From assembly GCA_963753285.1 (NCBI GenBank), contig CAVWBT010000010.1, forward strand, positions 240,481 through 304,480: DNA of 64,000 nt, in the 5' to 3' direction. Source of the stretch: an uncultured bacterium (GTDB lineage Bacteria; Actinomycetota; Acidimicrobiia; Spongiisociales; ZC4RG35). Shown here piece after piece: positions 61,690 through 64,000 of this stretch. The translations under genes and the position numbers were made by a program. Each line of letters begins with the position of its first letter. The stretch's first letter is position 1. Under the pieces are notes generated by a model. That model did no database searches. It saw nothing but the letters and a program-made list of their open reading frames with translations, and was not told the origin of the DNA.

Positions 61690-61702
61690 GACGTGAGACG
61701 TG
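61679..61702. repeat. heptamer microsatellite (gtgagac) x3
   Basis: Directly follows array 2. Confidence 0.8.
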
Positions 61703-61707
61703 CCGGT

Positions 61708-62562
61708 CTACTCGATCGTGACCGGGGTGCCGTTGCTGGTGAAACGGACGATCGGGTCGCTGCCGGCCACCGCGAGCATCGAGAAGATCGGGCGGAAGAC
61801 CACGTGGCTGCGCTCGTTGATCGCTCCGGCGACCTTCGCCGCCGGGCGTTCGCCGGTGGGGGCGTCGAGTCGAGCGAATGTGAGTTGCGCGGCTCCTGAC
61901 TCCGTTGTCGGCGCCGAGTCGGCTTCGGGGGAGGGGGCCGTGGTGGTGACCACCGGGACCGTGGTGGTCGGGGTGGGCGGAGCCGTGGTGAGCACCGGGA
62001 CCGTGGTGGTCGTGACTGGTGGAGCGGTGGTGGTCGTGACTGGTGGAGCGGTGGTGGTCGTGACGGGAACGGTGGTGGTCGTGGTCGGCGGGGCAGTGGT
62101 GGTGGTCGTCGGGGCAGGAGCGGCCGACTTCATGAAGACCACCGTCACGAACATGACGCCGTCTCCGGATCGATCGACGCCGACGCCCACGAGGTCGTAG
62201 TCGCCGAGGATGTTCGCCTTGTGGCTCGGCGAGTTCATGAACGCCTGATGGAGGAGGGTGGGATTCGGGCCCATGCCCACGTTCTCGCCGAGGAGAGACC
62301 AGCCCGACGCATAGGAACCGAGTTGGGCGGCCGTGCTGTGGAAGACCTGACCGGCTGCGATCATGTCGGCCGTGTGGACCCTGGCGTCGTCGGTGAGATC
62401 GGCGTGTCCGCCGAGCGGACTCAGCCCGGCGGCGGCCCGACTCTGGTTGATCAGCGAGATGAACTGCGCTTCGTCTCCGGGGCTCGCTGCCACGGGAAGT
62501 GCGGCAGCAGTCATCGCCATGACAACACTCAGAGTGAGAATTGCGCGAAGAATGTGACGCAT
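61708..62562 (-). CDS. secreted CAP-domain (SCP/PR-1-like) protein with Thr/Pro-rich linker
   Basis: ATG at 62562. Signal peptide, CAP motifs (HKANILGDYDLVGVGV), a TTTTTAPPTTTTTVPVTTT... linker encoded by internally repetitive DNA, and a C-terminal domain. Confidence 0.7.
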   Translation of the reverse strand: MRHILRAILTLSVVMAMTAAALPVAASPGDEAQFISLINQSRAAAGLSPLGGHADLTDDARVHTADMIAAGQVFHSTAAQLGSYASGWSLLGENVGMGPNPTLLHQAFMNSPSHKANILGDYDLVGVGVDRSGDGVMFVTVVFMKSAAPAPTTTTTAPPTTTTTVPVTTTTAPPVTTTTAPPVTTTTVPVLTTAPPTPTTTVPVVTTTAPSPEADSAPTTESGAAQLTFARLDAPTGERPAAKVAGAINERSHVVFRPIFSMLAVAGSDPIVRFTSNGTPVTIE

Positions 62563-62616
62563 AGTGAGATCTTCGACCAAATCCCCACAAACTTGAGAGG
62601 CTGTATCTACTCAGCT

Positions 62617-62786
62617 GTCCCCCACGCAAGTGGGGGAAGGGACCCGAGAGGCGAGGAACGAGCCTCACGGGTAGGGGGCGAACTCCAATTCATCCTCGTT
62701 CGCGCCACCGGCTCCGCGGAGTTGGCCCCTTACCTCCCCGGCTCGTTCCTCGCCGGGCAGGGACCTTTCCCCACTTCGTGGGGAAC
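62617..62786. repeat. MITE-like palindromic repeat element copy 2
   Basis: Two ~68-bp inverted arms around a 31-bp loop. The right arm reverse-complements to gttccccacgaagtggggaaaggtccctgcccggcgaggaacgagccggggaggtaaggggccaactcc, about 95% identical to the copy-1 arm. Confidence 0.7.
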
Positions 62787-62912
62787 ATCCCGGTTTTGAT
62801 CCAGCCGGGCGGATGCCCAGACTGCCCTTCATGCGTCCTGCGACTGCCATCGTCGTCATCGTTCTGCTGCTGGTGATCGCCGGAGCGGCGATCTACCAGA
62901 CGGTCGAGCTGC

Positions 62913-63716
62913 TCAACCCGCCAGAGTCAGTGCCGTCCCAGCTGCCAGATTGAAATACGACGTGGCCGAACCCGCTCGGACGGCCAGCGCCATCAGGCCG
63001 GACGAATCGACGTGCAGCAGTGGCTCGCCTTCCTCGACGTCGCCATAGACCTCCACCCAGGGGACCTCGTACTCGCTGGCACCGACGCGAACGGTGACGG
63101 TCACGTCTTGCGTGATGCCGGCGACCGCCAGGTCTTCGGGACCGACGTTGGACTGGACATTGCCGAATGTGTCGACCCACCAGGCCTCTCCCACGACCTT
63201 GCCGGCTTCGATCTCGGGCAGCGGGATCAGCAGGGGAGTGACGGAGTCTGGTGAGACCTCGTCTCCGAGATCCTCGAGTGAGGCCTCCCCGGAGGCGAGC
63301 AGCGCTGCCGCCGGTCCGAAGATGTCACGACCGGCGAAGGTGGCACCGGCACTGGGGATCTGCGCATCGGGATTCGTCAGCTCGACGATCTTGGTGGCGC
63401 CGCCCATCGTGGCCACCGCCGGTCCGAGCAAACCGTTGTCCGGTCCCACGAACAGCATCCCCGAGTCGGTCCCCGCCGCGATTGCTCGACGACTGGTACC
63501 GACGCCGGGATCGACCACCGCCAGGACCACGCCCTCAGGCAGATACTGGATGGATCGAACGAGCGCCAGCGCTCCCGACCGAACGTCCCCCCGGGGGATG
63601 CCGTGGGTGATGTCGATGACGGTCGTCTCGGGAGCCAGCTTGGCGATGACCCCGTGCACGACGCCGACGAACTCGTCGGTCAGGCCGAAGTCGGACAGAA
63701 AGCTCACGTGTGGCAT
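62913..63716 (-). CDS. SAM hydrolase / SAM-dependent halogenase family (DUF62, S-adenosyl-L-methionine hydroxide adenosyltransferase)
   Basis: VSFLSDFGLTDEFVGVVHGVI...DITHGIPRGD...VVDPGVGT is the DUF62 signature. ATG at 63716. Confidence 0.75.
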   Translation of the reverse strand: MPHVSFLSDFGLTDEFVGVVHGVIAKLAPETTVIDITHGIPRGDVRSGALALVRSIQYLPEGVVLAVVDPGVGTSRRAIAAGTDSGMLFVGPDNGLLGPAVATMGGATKIVELTNPDAQIPSAGATFAGRDIFGPAAALLASGEASLEDLGDEVSPDSVTPLLIPLPEIEAGKVVGEAWWVDTFGNVQSNVGPEDLAVAGITQDVTVTVRVGASEYEVPWVEVYGDVEEGEPLLHVDSSGLMALAVRAGSATSYFNLAAGTALTLAG

Positions 63717-63805
63717 GGGTGGTGAGGCTACGCGCTCGTGCGGGCAATCCGCCATCGATCGGTGGCCGAAACAGGTGGCGCTGTGGGGTCGGTACCATCG
63801 CCGCC

Positions 63806-64000
63806 ATGGGTGAAAGGCACACCGAGGTCGTCTCGAAGGTTCTTGCGTCGACCTCGGTCATGTTCGTCGGCGCCCTCGACACGGGGAAGACCACCATGGC
63901 GCTCGCCTGCGCTCGTGCAGCCGTGGCTGCCGGGAAGGTGGTGGGATTCGTCGATGCCGACATCAGCAACGGACGAGTCGGCCCTCCGGCCTGCGTCGGC
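63806..64000 (+). CDS. P-loop NTPase, Clp1-like polynucleotide-kinase family (partial, runs off window)
   Basis: VMFVGALDTGKTTMALA...VGFVDADI resembles Clp1/Grc3 P-loop and DxD blocks. Confidence 0.35.
   Translation, partial: MGERHTEVVSKVLASTSVMFVGALDTGKTTMALACARAAVAAGKVVGFVDADISNGRVGPPACVG

Overview
High-GC (about 70%) chromosomal segment with an actinobacterial gene complement: mtrA-mtrB-lpqB-like operon, mshA (mycothiol), class II B12-dependent ribonucleotide reductase nrdJ, lutABC, galK, and three two-component systems. Most calls rest on motif recognition in the supplied translations; gene boundaries were refined by locating start codons and RBS in the DNA. The first ~41 kb is mostly housekeeping and transport genes, many translationally coupled through ATGA/GTGA overlaps. 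The last ~23 kb is repeat-rich. It holds two related tandem-repeat arrays (8 x 88 bp and 6 x 106 bp), two copies of a ~170-bp palindromic MITE-like element, a DUF559 endonuclease-like gene flanked by imperfect direct repeats, and heptamer microsatellites. The same region encodes an S8 subtilase, a TPR-CHAT caspase-like protein, an ECF sigma factor and a small protein as one cassette. A peroxiredoxin-fold gene has an in-frame TGA exactly at the catalytic Cys position (W-U-P-Y-C) followed by a SECIS-like hairpin. I treat it as a candidate selenoprotein. Eight genes (DUF222/HNH, TfoX-N, glyoxalase-like, lutB, asparaginase and others) show apparent frameshifts. This means either gene decay or indel errors in the sequence, so all boundary calls carry that caveat. 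No rRNA, tRNA or CRISPR array was found.
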